This document shows, piece after piece, positions 21,836-32,110 of a DNA stretch of 64,000 bases. The stretch is from the NCBI GenBank assembly GCA_963802945.1, contig CAWDKY010000017.1, positions 160,001 through 224,000 of the forward strand, in the 5' to 3' direction. This stretch comes from an uncultured delta proteobacterium (GTDB lineage: Bacteria; Desulfobacterota; RBG-13-43-22). Both the position numbers and the translations under genes were made by a program. The number at the start of each line of letters is the position of its first letter. Within the stretch, counting starts at the first letter, position 1. Below the pieces are notes generated by a model. It was not told the DNA's origin, did no database searches, and worked only from the letters and a program-made list of their open reading frames with translations.

Positions 21836-23346
21836 TTATTTTTCCAATGAAGAAGCAGCCTGATTTTCCGATACTTTCGTCCCCTTTCCCGGACCTGCAA
21901 TCCTGGCATCGGTCCGGACGAACCGGAAAAAACCTCCGAAATCGGTCAGGAACCTCTTCCAACTGTCGGGAGAACGCCAGATCATGGCGATATAACCGAG
22001 GAGCATCTTAGGTCGCATAAAGTGTTTCTGATAGAACCTAATGAAAAGTTTTTCCAGACGCTCTCCGGTCATCCCTTTGGGGATGAAGATGAAATGCATG
22101 CAGTCCATCTTTTCCCAGTCTTCTTCAAAAGTCCCCAGTTCATGGGCCTTTTCATAGAGGGGCGTGCCTGGGAAGGGAGTGAATTTGGACACATTGATAT
22201 CGTCGATGGGTAAGGAAAAAACATAATCCATGCTCTTTTGGATGCTCGACTCGGTTTCGCCGGGCAGACCCAGCATAAGCAGTCCCTTGACCCGGATTCG
22301 GGTTTTATGGATCAGCCGGATCTTTTCCGCCAGCATCTTCAGGTCGGGGTTTTTCCGGTGCTGGGCCAGGAGGTCTTCATCGCCGGTCTCCACACCGAGG
22401 CTGATCATCCAGCATCCGGCCTCTTTCATCATCCTGGCCAGATCGAGATCGATATGCTCGGCCCGCACGGCACAGTTAAAGGTCATTCCCAGAGGCTTAT
22501 CAATCATCATCCGGCAGAAGGCTTCAATCCTTTTGCGGTTGAAGGTGAACTGGTCGTCATAGAAATTGATGTGCCGGATATGAAAACGGTCATGGAGGTA
22601 TTTCAGGTGTTCATAGAGATATTCAGCGGAATTGAAACGGAAACTGCTCCCAAACACCGAACGGTCGCAGTAACTGCAGGCATAAGGGCATCCGCGGCTG
22701 GATATACAGCTGGTATTGGGGACCTTCGGATAGTTGAAAATGGGTAGCTTGTAGGCCTGAGGATAACCGTCCAGTTTTTCATAGGCTGGAAAAGGAAGGG
22801 TGTCGAGATCGATGCCTTTTGCCCGATAGCCGGTAAAGTGCGGGATTCCATCTTTATCGCGATAGACAATACCGGGGATCGAGGGACGTCTCATTGATTT
22901 CTCCATTGCAGGCCAGAAGTTCGGCCAGGGTCTCTTCCCCTTCACCGGCCACGACAAAGTCCACTTCCGGGAAATCGGCCAGGACCTTGGTTTTCAGGGC
23001 GGAGACATGGGGACCCCCAAAAACCGTCTTTATGCCCGGCAGAATTGTTTTTCGCCATTTCTGCAATGCGGACCCCATCGAGAAAGCTCGAGGTGGTGCA
23101 ACTAAGACCAATAAAAGAGGGCTTTTCCTCGGTCAGATAATCCCTGATGAAACGATCGGAAAAGGGCTTGGCAAAACAGTCAACGATATCCGCCTCGATA
23201 TTTTTTTTGTTCAGATAGGCGGCCATGCTGGCCAGGCCCAGCGGGGGCATGATATTGGCTATCCGCGAAACATCCTGTCCCGCCCTTTCCATCTTGTAAC
23301 CCAGGGGATGGACGAGAAGGATTTTATTCTGTTTTAAAATGTCCAT
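21836..23346 (-). CDS. Cobalamin-binding radical SAM enzyme (class B methyltransferase-like), two frameshifts
   Basis: MPPLGLASMAAYL, GGPHVS, GEGEETL, SSRGCPYACSYC, FTPFPGTPLY across three ORF pieces. Confidence 0.85.
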
Positions 23347-23561
23347 AGGTTACAGTTTTGCGCGTCGAATGGAGAGAGTATAAGATAAGGCACAGACGGG
23401 GTCAAGGAGGAAAACGGTTTGGTAATAAATCTAGGTAACCTCCATTCGTCATTTTGGTCCCGCATCAGGTGCGGGATAGACTCCAGCCGAAATCCAATCC
23501 CTCTTGGCAGGACAAATAGGTCTTCTTCATCAGTTCATCAACTTTAAAAAAATCCATATTC

Positions 23562-23575
23562 TTGACTTAAGTCAA
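23562..23575. promoter_or_regulatory. FNR/CRP-family (HcpR-like) operator upstream of hcp
   Basis: Perfect palindrome TTGACTTAAGTCAA about 85 bp upstream of the hcp start. Confidence 0.7.
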
Positions 23576-23658
23576 TGTAGCTCTAAGCTTTAGTGATTAT
23601 GGTAAGGGCAACAAGTTGATCGAATGAAAAGCCTCTTTCATAAGGAAAGGAGAAAATC

Positions 23659-25293
23659 ATGTTTTGTTATCAATGCGAACAAACAGCCAAAGGGGAAGGA
23701 TGTACTAAAATCGGGGTATGCGGCAAGCAGCCGGAAGTGGCAGCTTTGCATGATCTTCTGATTTATGCCTTACGGGGATTATCTCAGGTTGCCCTGGAAG
23801 GAAGAAAATGGGGGGTGAACGACCGGCAGGTCAATGTTTTTATCTGTGAGGCCACCTTTTCAACCCTGACCAATGTGGACTTTGACCCGGACCGGTTTGT
23901 GGAATTCATCAAAAAGACCGTGGAACTTCGAGAAGACCCTGAAAGACAAAGGTCAAGGCCGCCGGCGGCCAGGTGGATTTTCCGGAAGGCCCGGCTGTTC
24001 TCAAACCGAAATTAACGCTGGAAGGGATGATACGCCAGGGGGAAGGGCGTGGGCATCCAGTCCGATCCCACCATAGACAAAGACATTCATGCCCTGCAGT
24101 GGACCTTGACCTTCGGTCTCAAAGGCGTCTGCGCCTATGCCGACCATGCCCAGATCCTGGGCCAGGAAGATGATGCGGTTTATGCCTTTGTTCAGGAAGG
24201 GCTGGCTGCACCGTTAAACAAGGCCCTGAGCCTGAATGATTGGATCGGTCTGGTCTTAAAATGCGGGGAGATCAATCTGAGGACCATGGAACTGCTGGAT
24301 GCCGGCAATACCGGGACCTATGGACACCCGGTCCCGACCAAGGTGCCTCTGGGGGCTAAAAAAGGCAAGGCCATCCTGGTTTCCGGACATGACCTGAAGG
24401 ACCTGGAAGAGGTCTTAAAACAAACGGAAGGCAAAGGGATCTATGTCTATACCCACGGAGAAATGCTCCCCTCCCATGGCTATCCGGGCCTAAAAAAGTA
24501 TCCCCATTTCTACGGCCACTTCGGAACGGCCTGGTTTAACCAGACTAAAGAGTTTGCAGATTTCCCAGGGGCCATTTTGATGACCACGAATTGTATCCAG
24601 AAACCCAAGGAATCCTATCAGGGAAATATCTTCACCACCGGACTGGTCGGCATGCCCGGGGTTGTCCATATCCCAGATAAAAATTTCGGCCCCTTAATTG
24701 AAAAGGCCTTATCCCTGCCCGGATTTCCGGAAGATATCGACCGCGGAGAAGTGACCTGCGGTTTCGGCCGTAATGCCGTTTTGGGTGTGGCCGACAAGGT
24801 GATCGAGGCCGTTAAGAATAAAGACATCCGCCATTTCTTTTTGGTGGCCGGCTGTGATGGGGCCAAGCCGGGCCGAAACTATTATACCAAATTCGTAGAA
24901 ATGGTGCCCAAGGACTGCGTTGTCCTGACCCTGGCCTGCGGAAAATTCCGCTTTTTTGATAAGGACTTGGGAGATATCGGCGGAATTCCCAGATTACTGG
25001 ATATAGGCCAATGCAACGATGCCTATTCGGCCATCCAGATCGCCGTAGCCCTGTCCAAGGCCTTTAATGTGGGGGTAAACGACTTGCCCTTATCCATGAT
25101 CCTGTCCTGGTATGAGCAAAAGGCCGTGGCTATCCTGCTGACCTTGTTTTATCTGGGGATCAAAGATATCCGGCTGGGACCATCCCTGCCGGCCTTCATT
25201 ACCCCCAATGTGCTCGATGTGCTGGTTAAGAACTTCAACATCATGCCCATCAGCACTCCGGAGGAGGATTTGAAGGCGATATTGGGAAAATAA
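23659..25293 (+). CDS. hcp: Hybrid cluster protein (hydroxylamine/NO reductase), frameshifted near 23935 and 24045
   Basis: MFCYQCEQTAKGEGCTKIGVCGK, ILVSGHDL, YTHGEMLP, TTNC, GQCNDAY, SWYEQKA. Confidence 0.95.
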
Positions 25294-25302
25294 ATAAACG
25301 AT

Positions 25303-25380
25303 ATAAGGTATAGGGTGTAAGGTATAAGGAAAGGCTTTATACCCCCTCACCTTGAACCTTGAACCCTGGACCTTGACCCT
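25303..25380. repeat. Inverted heptamer array (AAGGTnn / ACCTTnn)
   Basis: taaggtatagggtgtaaggtataagg ... accttgaaccttgaaccctggaccttgaccc. Confidence 0.7.
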
Positions 25381-25394
25381 TTTTAGGAGTTTTT

Positions 25395-26117
25395 ATGAAA
25401 TGTCCCGGTCAAGACAGCCGCTTTTGGAAACCCGGTTTTATCTTTGAAATCAATTGTCCCCAGTGTGGGCAGGCCATAGAGTTCTTTAAAGACGACACCA
25501 CCCGCCGCTGTAATAAATGCGGTTCCCGTCTCCTGAACCCCAGGATGGATTTCGGGTGTGCCTCCTATTGTCAATATGCCGAACAATGCCTGAGGGATTT
25601 GCCGCCGGAACTGATAGCCCAGAAAGAAGACCTCCTAAAGGACCGGGTAGCTGTTGAAATGAAAAAATATTTCGGAAAAGAGTTTCGCTTGATCGGTCAC
25701 ACTACGAAAGTGGCCCGTTATGCTGAACGGATCGGCAAAGAAGAAAAAGGCAATCTGGCGGTGATCCTGCCGGCGGCTTATTTGCACGACATCGGCATCG
25801 TAGAGGCGATAAGAAAGTACCAGAGTGCGGCCGCCCGTTATCAGGAAGAAGAAGGTCCGCTCATAGCCCGGGATATCCTGATGCGATTGGGCGCCCGGAA
25901 GGATTTGATCGAAGAGGTCTGTGATATTGTCGGTCATCACCATCATCCCAGAGAAGAGGAAACGATCAATTACAGGGTCCTCTATGATGCCGACCTGATC
26001 GTCAACCTGGAAGAAGCCCCGAAAGAAAAACCTTTTCAGTCGGACAGGATGGAACAGATTACCCAAAAATCCTTTCTGACCGAAAGCGGACGAAAATTGG
26101 CGAGAGAGATTTTTTGA
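25395..26117 (+). CDS. HD-domain phosphohydrolase with N-terminal zinc ribbon
   Basis: CPQCG..EFFKDD..RCNKCG; AAYLHDIG; HHHH; YDAD. Confidence 0.85.
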   Translation: MKCPGQDSRFWKPGFIFEINCPQCGQAIEFFKDDTTRRCNKCGSRLLNPRMDFGCASYCQYAEQCLRDLPPELIAQKEDLLKDRVAVEMKKYFGKEFRLIGHTTKVARYAERIGKEEKGNLAVILPAAYLHDIGIVEAIRKYQSAAARYQEEEGPLIARDILMRLGARKDLIEEVCDIVGHHHHPREEETINYRVLYDADLIVNLEEAPKEKPFQSDRMEQITQKSFLTESGRKLAREIF

Positions 26118-26144
26118 TTCCATAGGTTAATAAGTTAAAATATT

Positions 26145-26269
26145 CAGGGTGATCAAAAACGTCCAGATGTAAGGCCCCCGAAGTTCTGAGGAATGAGGCG
26201 TACTCAAATGTACGCTGCAATGACGAAGAACGAGGGAAACGCAACAGATAGGCACTTTTCGTCAACCTG
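26145..26269. mobile_element. MITE, about 125 bp, with CAGG...CCTG ends
   Basis: cagggtgatcaaaaacgtccagatg...gaggcgtactcaaatgtacgc...cacttttcgtcaacctg; homologous inverted copy at about 44145-44302. Confidence 0.7.
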
Positions 26270-26289
26270 CGGTTCATGAGGAGAATGAA

Positions 26290-27024
26290 ATGAAAATTAA
26301 ACGAAAAATCATTGAAATCAATCCGGAGCGCTGTGATGGTTGCGGTTTATGTGTGCCTTCCTGTGCTGAAGGGGCCATTCAAATCATCGACGGCAAGGCG
26401 AGGTTAAGTGCTGAAAAATATTGCGACGGCTTAGGGGCCTGTTTGGGAGAATGTCCCAATGATGCCCTCAAGATCATCGAGCGTGAAGCCGAGGATTTTG
26501 ACGAAGCCGCCGTCGAAAAACATCTCGAAAAACAGGTGAAAGCGGATAATCCAGTGTCAACTGTTCTTCCCTGCGGCTGCCCTTCCACTCAATTGCAGAG
26601 CTTTTCCGGATCCGACCTCTGTCAGGAGGCCAATCGGCCTCGCTCTCAGGAGGGTCAGATTTCAACCCTCGGTCATTGGCCGGTCCAGATCAAACTAGTG
26701 CCTCCCACTGCTCCCTTTCTGAAAGGGGCTGATCTGTTGGTCGTTGCCGACTGCACCCCGCTGGCCTATCCTAATTTCCATCGGGATTTCCTTCCCGGCA
26801 AGGTGGTCATGATGGGTTGTCCCAAGTTCGACGACCTTCAGGAATATATCGCCAAGTTTACCGATATTTTTAGAACAGCCGGGATAAAAAGTGTTTCCAC
26901 CGTGGTTATGGAAGTCCCCTGCTGCTCCGGCCTGCCGTTCATTGTTAAGAAGGCCGTGCAAGCCTCAGGTAAAAAAATTTCCCTGAAAGAAAAGGTCATA
27001 AGCATTAGGGGAGAGCTGATATGA
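26290..27024 (+). CDS. 4Fe-4S dicluster protein of the type commonly linked to hcp
   Basis: CDGCGLCVPSC, CDGLGACLGECP, WPVQIKL, GCPK, MEVPCC. Confidence 0.9.
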   Translation: MKIKRKIIEINPERCDGCGLCVPSCAEGAIQIIDGKARLSAEKYCDGLGACLGECPNDALKIIEREAEDFDEAAVEKHLEKQVKADNPVSTVLPCGCPSTQLQSFSGSDLCQEANRPRSQEGQISTLGHWPVQIKLVPPTAPFLKGADLLVVADCTPLAYPNFHRDFLPGKVVMMGCPKFDDLQEYIAKFTDIFRTAGIKSVSTVVMEVPCCSGLPFIVKKAVQASGKKISLKEKVISIRGELI

Positions 27025-27400
27025 CAGGAATTTATTTTTGGATCATGTCCAACACGTTGGACATGATCCAATTTTCCCGCCGAACGCCAAACAACGATTT
27101 TTTTTGCCCCAATACAAAAAAATCCTTGACTCCCCCCTTTCTCATCTATAAACTGTTCAATACCCAATCTTACCGAGTAAGTTTCTTTATAAATATCCTT
27201 CGTATTTTGTGAAGCTAACATTTTTTTGTTGATATAAGTTCCCGGGCCTAATTGTCGGTTGAATGGACAACTGAGCAGATAAATCCTTTTTTCAAACGAA
27301 AAAGTCTCAAATTATATTTAAATGAAGAAGTGTCCCCATGGTGCATTTAATTTTTATGAAGGCATCAAAAAAATAAACATATTAAAAAGGAGGAAGGGCA

Positions 27401-27913
27401 ATGAGTAAAATTTTAACAGGTTTTTTTGTTTTGGTTGGTCTTGTCATGATGTTGGCGTTTATGCCGGTCCCGAATGCAACAGCAGAGACTTTTGTGAATA
27501 AAGCGCCTGATTTCACTATGACCATCCCTAGCTGGAAAGATGTTGCTTCACGTAATAAAAACTCAGTAGTGAGACGGGCCGAAGATCCCTATGAGCTTAC
27601 CTCATTCGATGTGGCTGTGGCCGACCTCCCCGAGGGTAAGACTAATAAGGATTTGGTGAAAGATGTGGTGGGCTATCTTACGGACCAATATGAGGGTTCA
27701 AATTATAGCACGCTTTATGAAAGAGAGATAAAACTGAAGGACGGCACACCGGCCTATGAGCTGGAGGTGAAATGGAATCATCCACTGGTATTGTTATATA
27801 CTTACGAGTTGGCTGTTTTTAAGGACAAAAAAATGATCACTGTCCAGGTAACCACTGAAAAGCCGGTCAGCGACAAGCTCAAAGAGATTCCTATGTCCCT
27901 GGTATTCAAATAA
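27401..27913 (+). CDS. Exported protein of unknown function
   Basis: AGGAGG RBS, N-terminal signal peptide ending ATA, downstream hairpin. Confidence 0.75.
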   Translation: MSKILTGFFVLVGLVMMLAFMPVPNATAETFVNKAPDFTMTIPSWKDVASRNKNSVVRRAEDPYELTSFDVAVADLPEGKTNKDLVKDVVGYLTDQYEGSNYSTLYEREIKLKDGTPAYELEVKWNHPLVLLYTYELAVFKDKKMITVQVTTEKPVSDKLKEIPMSLVFK

Positions 27914-27942
27914 GGATCTGTTCTGTTTCTCCGGTAGTTATT

Positions 27943-27977
27943 TCGATCTTGCCTCTTTCTTTAAGAGGCAAGATCGA
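27943..27977 (+). terminator. Stem-loop / probable terminator
   Basis: tcgatcttgcctct ... agaggcaagatcga. Confidence 0.6.
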
Positions 27978-28175
27978 TTCTCCCCTTGTCTACGAGGATC
28001 TTGGGGTCACATCGTCATAGGGCATTAATTTATTAAACAGAATTATATCCCGATCCCTAATCATTCTATCTCTTTTATCATCCACCCCAAAACAAAAGAT
28101 GAGCGGATTACTGGAGTCAGTCACTGGTAATACCGAAGAGGGGCGGACCTTTGTTTGGCGGGCGTGCCGGGCACA

Positions 28176-28418
28176 ATGAATTTTCTGAGTGTCTGTGGCA
28201 AAACCTGCCGGGTCGACGTCCGTGGATTTTTGGTGAACCCGGATGAATAAGATGAGCAGTATGCTGTGTACCGGGCCGTGGGTATGAAAATCAACGGCGG
28301 GAAATTGAGTGACAAATACTGGCCGATTATAGGGTTACTCCGCGAGAGTTATAGAAAGACCAATCGAATGCCCGTGCTTTTCGAGACCCGCGAAGCCAAT
28401 GATCTAAAAATTAGTTGA
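28176..28418 (+). pseudogene. TusE/DsrC-family sulfur-carrier relic
   Basis: MNFLSVCGKTCRVDVRGFLVNPDE*DEQYA...KLSDKYWPIIGLLRESY...; TAA at 28248 where the family has Trp; C-terminal arm missing. Confidence 0.65.
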
Positions 28419-28487
28419 CAAAACTATTATTATAATAGATATACCAAATTTTAGTTTTAACCTCACAGGGACTAAAGGAATAGTGCG

Positions 28488-29039
28488 ATGATTGAAGTTC
28501 GATTTCATGGTCGGGGAGGGCAGGGCGCCGTTACCTCAGCCGAATTAATAGCCCTAGCCGTTATTAATGAAGGGCAGTATGCCCAGGCCTTTCCCAGTTT
28601 TGGGCCGGAACGCCGTGGGGCGCCGGTGGTGGCCTTCCTGCGAGTCAGCCCATCTCAGATCCGCATCCGCTCAAAAATTTATCATCCGGATATCGTGGTG
28701 GTTCTTGATCCCACTTTATTGGATATCGTTGATGTTTCCTCCGGGCTGAAACCCAAAGGAACTTTGGTCATCAACACGGCCAAGTCCGTGGAACAGATCC
28801 GGAAAGATCACGGTTTCAAAGGCCGGCTGGCTGTCGTGGATGCCGATAAGATCGCCATGGAAGAAATGAAAGTAGCCATCACCAATACAACCATGTTGGG
28901 GGCCTTGATCCGGACGGCCGGAATCTCCCGTATGGATTCCATGGACGGGCCCTTGGATGCCCGATTCGGCAAGGTGGCCGAAAGAAATAAAAAGGCCATG
29001 CAACGGGCCTTTGATGAGACTATAATCAAGGAGAAATGA
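28488..29039 (+). CDS. porC: Pyruvate/2-oxoacid:ferredoxin oxidoreductase gamma subunit
   Basis: MIEVRFHGRGGQGAVT, FGPERRGAP. Confidence 0.93.
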   Translation: MIEVRFHGRGGQGAVTSAELIALAVINEGQYAQAFPSFGPERRGAPVVAFLRVSPSQIRIRSKIYHPDIVVVLDPTLLDIVDVSSGLKPKGTLVINTAKSVEQIRKDHGFKGRLAVVDADKIAMEEMKVAITNTTMLGALIRTAGISRMDSMDGPLDARFGKVAERNKKAMQRAFDETIIKEK

Positions 29040-29338
29040 ACGTGGCTAAAATAGATGCCCTTCACCCCTGGAAAGAAGTTCCCCTAGGCTGTGCTATTTT
29101 GGAGGCCGGAAATGCCCGGGAGCTCAAAACCGGAGACTGGCGCTCCAAGATACGGCCTTTGACCGACAAGGAAAAATGTATTAAATGCGGGATGTGTTGG
29201 ATCTTTTGCCCGGATATGGCCTATAGCCAGAACACGGACGGCTATTTTGACTGGAACACGTATTACTGTAAAGGGTGTGGTATCTGTGCCCGTGAATGTC
29301 CTAAAAAGGCCATACAAATGATTGCGGAGGAAGAATAG
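29036..29338 (+). CDS. porD: Pyruvate/2-oxoacid:ferredoxin oxidoreductase delta subunit
   Basis: KTGDWRS, CIKCGMCWIFCP, CKGCGICARECP. Confidence 0.93.
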   Translation: MNVAKIDALHPWKEVPLGCAILEAGNARELKTGDWRSKIRPLTDKEKCIKCGMCWIFCPDMAYSQNTDGYFDWNTYYCKGCGICARECPKKAIQMIAEEE

Positions 29339-29340
29339 TT

Positions 29341-30519
29341 ATGCCCATTCGAAAAGGCATGGAAGTTTCCATTGCCGTCAGTGAAGCTGTAAAATTGGCC
29401 AATGTGGATGTGATCTCGGCCTACCCCATAACGCCCCAAACCCATATTGTGGAACACCTTTCCGAATTGGTGGCCGATGGGGACCTTAAGGCGGCCTTTA
29501 TTCCCGTTGAATCGGAACATTCGGCCTTGAGTGCCGCTATAGGGGCGGCAGCGGTGGGGGCCAGGGCTTACACGGCCACCAGTTCCCAGGGTCTGGCCCT
29601 GATGCACGAGCTCATGTTTATCGCCTCCAGCATCCGTATGCCTTTGGTTATGACCGTGACCAACCGGGCCATTTCAGCCCCTATCAATATCTGGAATGAC
29701 TTGAGCGATATTATGCCTCAACGGGATTGCGGCTGGGTACAGCTCTTTGCCATTAATGGCCAAGAGGCCGTAGACCTCACCTTGCAGGCTTTCAGGATCG
29801 CTGAGGACCCAAGGGTATTGCTGCCTGTGGTGGTCAACCTGGACGGCTTTATTTTGAGCCACGTGATTGAACCGGTGGAAATGCCCGATCAGGCGACGGT
29901 TGACCGTTTTCTGCCCGTTTTTAAACCTGTATTGCGTCTCGATCCGGACCAGCCCGTCTCTCTAGGGAATTTCGGCAGTCCGGATGTCTTTATCGAAGTC
30001 AAAAAACAGGTCGAGGAAGCCTTGATCGGCGCTCAAAAGGTGATGGCTGAGGTCTGGAAGGAATACGGGGACATCTTCGGCCGGACTTATAAACCGATTG
30101 AATCCTATAAGACCAAAGGGGCTGAGACCCTGCTGGTGACCATGGGCAGCATTACGGAAACGGCCATGACGGCTGTCGATGCCTTACGTGAAAAAGGGCA
30201 GAAGGTCGGACTGATACATATTCGTCTCTGGCGCCCCTTTCCGTTCAGAGAATTTTTCCAAGCTATTCGGGATGCCAAGTGCCTGGCTGTGGTAGACCGG
30301 GCCTTGGTACCAGGCGGTGCAGGCGGGCCAGTAGGCCTGGAAATCAAATCAGCCCTTTTTGAGAAAAAGGAACGGCCTTATGTGGCCGAGTTTGTTGCCG
30401 GCCTGGGGGGCCGGGATCTGACGGTGGAGGTCTTTGCCGAAATGGCGGCCAAAGCCGAAAAATATGCGAAAATGCAAAAAGATATGCGTTACGAAATGAT
30501 CGGAGTGCGTGAGAAATGA
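29341..30519 (+). CDS. porA: Pyruvate/2-oxoacid:ferredoxin oxidoreductase alpha subunit
   Basis: AYPITPQT, VESEHSA, TATSSQGL, GLGGRD. Confidence 0.93.
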   Translation: MPIRKGMEVSIAVSEAVKLANVDVISAYPITPQTHIVEHLSELVADGDLKAAFIPVESEHSALSAAIGAAAVGARAYTATSSQGLALMHELMFIASSIRMPLVMTVTNRAISAPINIWNDLSDIMPQRDCGWVQLFAINGQEAVDLTLQAFRIAEDPRVLLPVVVNLDGFILSHVIEPVEMPDQATVDRFLPVFKPVLRLDPDQPVSLGNFGSPDVFIEVKKQVEEALIGAQKVMAEVWKEYGDIFGRTYKPIESYKTKGAETLLVTMGSITETAMTAVDALREKGQKVGLIHIRLWRPFPFREFFQAIRDAKCLAVVDRALVPGGAGGPVGLEIKSALFEKKERPYVAEFVAGLGGRDLTVEVFAEMAAKAEKYAKMQKDMRYEMIGVREK

Positions 30520-31490
30520 TTGCCGAAGACTTAAAGGATTTCAAAAGATTTACGCCCAAAACCCTGCCCAAAGAAGAACCTCTAGTATTCGGACATAGGG
30601 CCTGTCAGGGTTGTGGGGAGGTCTTGGCTTTACGAATGGTGGCCAAGGCCATCGGAAGTCCCATGATTGCCGTCAGCGCCACAGGATGCATGGAGATCAT
30701 CTCCTCTCCCTATCCCCAAACTGCCTGGGCCGTACCGTGGATTCATGTAGCCTTTGAAAATTCCGCGGCCGTGGCCTCCGGCGTCGAAGCCGGCCTGAAG
30801 ACCTTGATGGCCAAGGGGCGAATTCCTGAGAAAAAAATTACCGTCGTTACCTTTGCCGGTGACGGAGGGACTGCGGATATCGGGCTCCAGTCTCTTTCCG
30901 GGGCAATGGAACGGGGTCATGATTTTGTCTATGTCTGTCTGGACAATGAAGCCTACATGAATACCGGCATTCAGCGTTCCAGTGAAACTCCTTTCGGGGC
31001 CATGACCACCACTTCCCCGGCTGGAAAAATCACGGCCGGTCAAACCACTTGGAAGAAGAATCTCCCGGCCATTATGGCCGCTCACAACATCCCTTATGTG
31101 GCCACGGCCTCGCCGGCTTATTATCTGGACCTGATGAACAAGGCCAAGAAAGCGGCCTTGATCCAGGGGCCGGCCTATCTCCATGTCTATTCGCCTTGTC
31201 CCACGGGCTGGCGGCATGGAACGGATTTGGCCATTGAGGTCAGTCGTTTAGTTGTAGAAACTAATATTTTCCCATTGTATGAAGTGATTGAAGGAAAATA
31301 TGTGGTCCGGAAAAACACCAGAGTCAAACCGGTGGAAGAATATCTTAAACAACAGCGGCGCTTTAGCCACCTGACCCCGGAATTGATCCAGACCATCCAG
31401 AGCCGGGTGGATGTGGAATATGAAAGACTGCTTAAAATGGAGTCTTTAACAGGATCAGCAGAGACCAAACCGGAAGCCAAAGAAGAATAA
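30516..31490 (+). CDS. porB: Pyruvate/2-oxoacid:ferredoxin oxidoreductase beta subunit (TPP-binding)
   Basis: GHRACQGCGE, GDGGTADIG, DNEAYMNTGIQRS, PCPTGW. Confidence 0.93.
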   Translation: MIAEDLKDFKRFTPKTLPKEEPLVFGHRACQGCGEVLALRMVAKAIGSPMIAVSATGCMEIISSPYPQTAWAVPWIHVAFENSAAVASGVEAGLKTLMAKGRIPEKKITVVTFAGDGGTADIGLQSLSGAMERGHDFVYVCLDNEAYMNTGIQRSSETPFGAMTTTSPAGKITAGQTTWKKNLPAIMAAHNIPYVATASPAYYLDLMNKAKKAALIQGPAYLHVYSPCPTGWRHGTDLAIEVSRLVVETNIFPLYEVIEGKYVVRKNTRVKPVEEYLKQQRRFSHLTPELIQTIQSRVDVEYERLLKMESLTGSAETKPEAKEE

Positions 31491-31491
31491 T

Positions 31492-31520
31492 TTGATTTCA
31501 TTAACGGCTTGAGATATAAT
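31492..31520 (+). promoter_or_regulatory. Sigma70 promoter upstream of the tRNA-Asn/GIY-YIG locus
   Basis: TTGATT-N17-TATAAT. Confidence 0.7.
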
Positions 31521-31559
31521 TTCTATTAATCTTAATCCGAAATCCGCAATTGTCATTCT

Positions 31560-31665
31560 TCCCCGGTAGCTCAGTCCCGCTGTTAGCGGGATTTCGCTTG
31601 AGCTCAATTGGGGGGAGTCCCGCTCGGGGCGGGATTAATTCCGCTGGAAGCGGGATTCGAGTCCG
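31560..31665 (+). pseudogene. tRNA-Asn-derived copy interrupted by three TCCCGC-N5-GCGGGA-type hairpins
   Basis: First 17 nt identical to the tRNA 5' end (TCCCCGGTAGCTCAGTC), a TTAA anticodon-loop remnant and TTCGAGTCCG T-arm; hairpins at 31575, 31618 and 31639. Confidence 0.8.
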
Positions 31666-31706
31666 GAAAAGAATAAAAATATTTTTAGAATTTAATTAGA
31701 CGACAT

Positions 31707-31782
31707 TCCCCGGTAGCTCAGTCGGTAGAGCGGGTGGCTGTTAACCACTTGGTCGGCGGTTCGAGTCCGTCCCGGGGAGCCA
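31707..31782 (+). tRNA. tRNA-Asn (GTT)
   Basis: 76-nt cloverleaf TCCCCGG...CCGGGGA-GCCA, anticodon loop CTGTTAA, T-loop TTCGAGT, encoded CCA. Confidence 0.97.
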
Positions 31783-31834
31783 AAAATTGAGAGGCCCGTT
31801 AATAAAATGGGCCTTTTTAATTAAGAGGGCGACC

Positions 31835-32110
31835 TTGCCTTTTTGGGTTTACATCCTCAGCAGTAAAACCACAGGGAAATATTACTGTGGACAAACCAAC
31901 AACCTCCAACTTCGAATTCAAGAACACAATGACCCGAATTACCAGGGCACAAGAACCACAAAACGATTTTGGGGACCTTGGGAATTGGTTTGGAAATTGG
32001 AATGCCCAGATCGAAGCGAAGCCATGAGCCTGGAACGATCAATTAAGAAAAGAGGAATCAGGCGATACTTAGACGATAAAGGAATTATTAGCGAGGTCGA
32101 AGCAGGGTAG
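31835..32110 (+). CDS. Small stand-alone GIY-YIG nuclease
   Basis: FWVYIL...YYCGQTNNLQLRIQEHN...GPWELV...RSEAMSLERSIKK; probable TTG start after GAGGG; the stop TAG lies within tRNA-derived GGTAGAG. Confidence 0.9.
   Translation: MPFWVYILSSKTTGKYYCGQTNNLQLRIQEHNDPNYQGTRTTKRFWGPWELVWKLECPDRSEAMSLERSIKKRGIRRYLDDKGIISEVEAG

Noticed and set aside
31575-31655. CRISPR array
   Set aside because: The repeats are 17 nt with irregular 4-26 nt gaps made largely of tRNA sequence; no cas genes are present.
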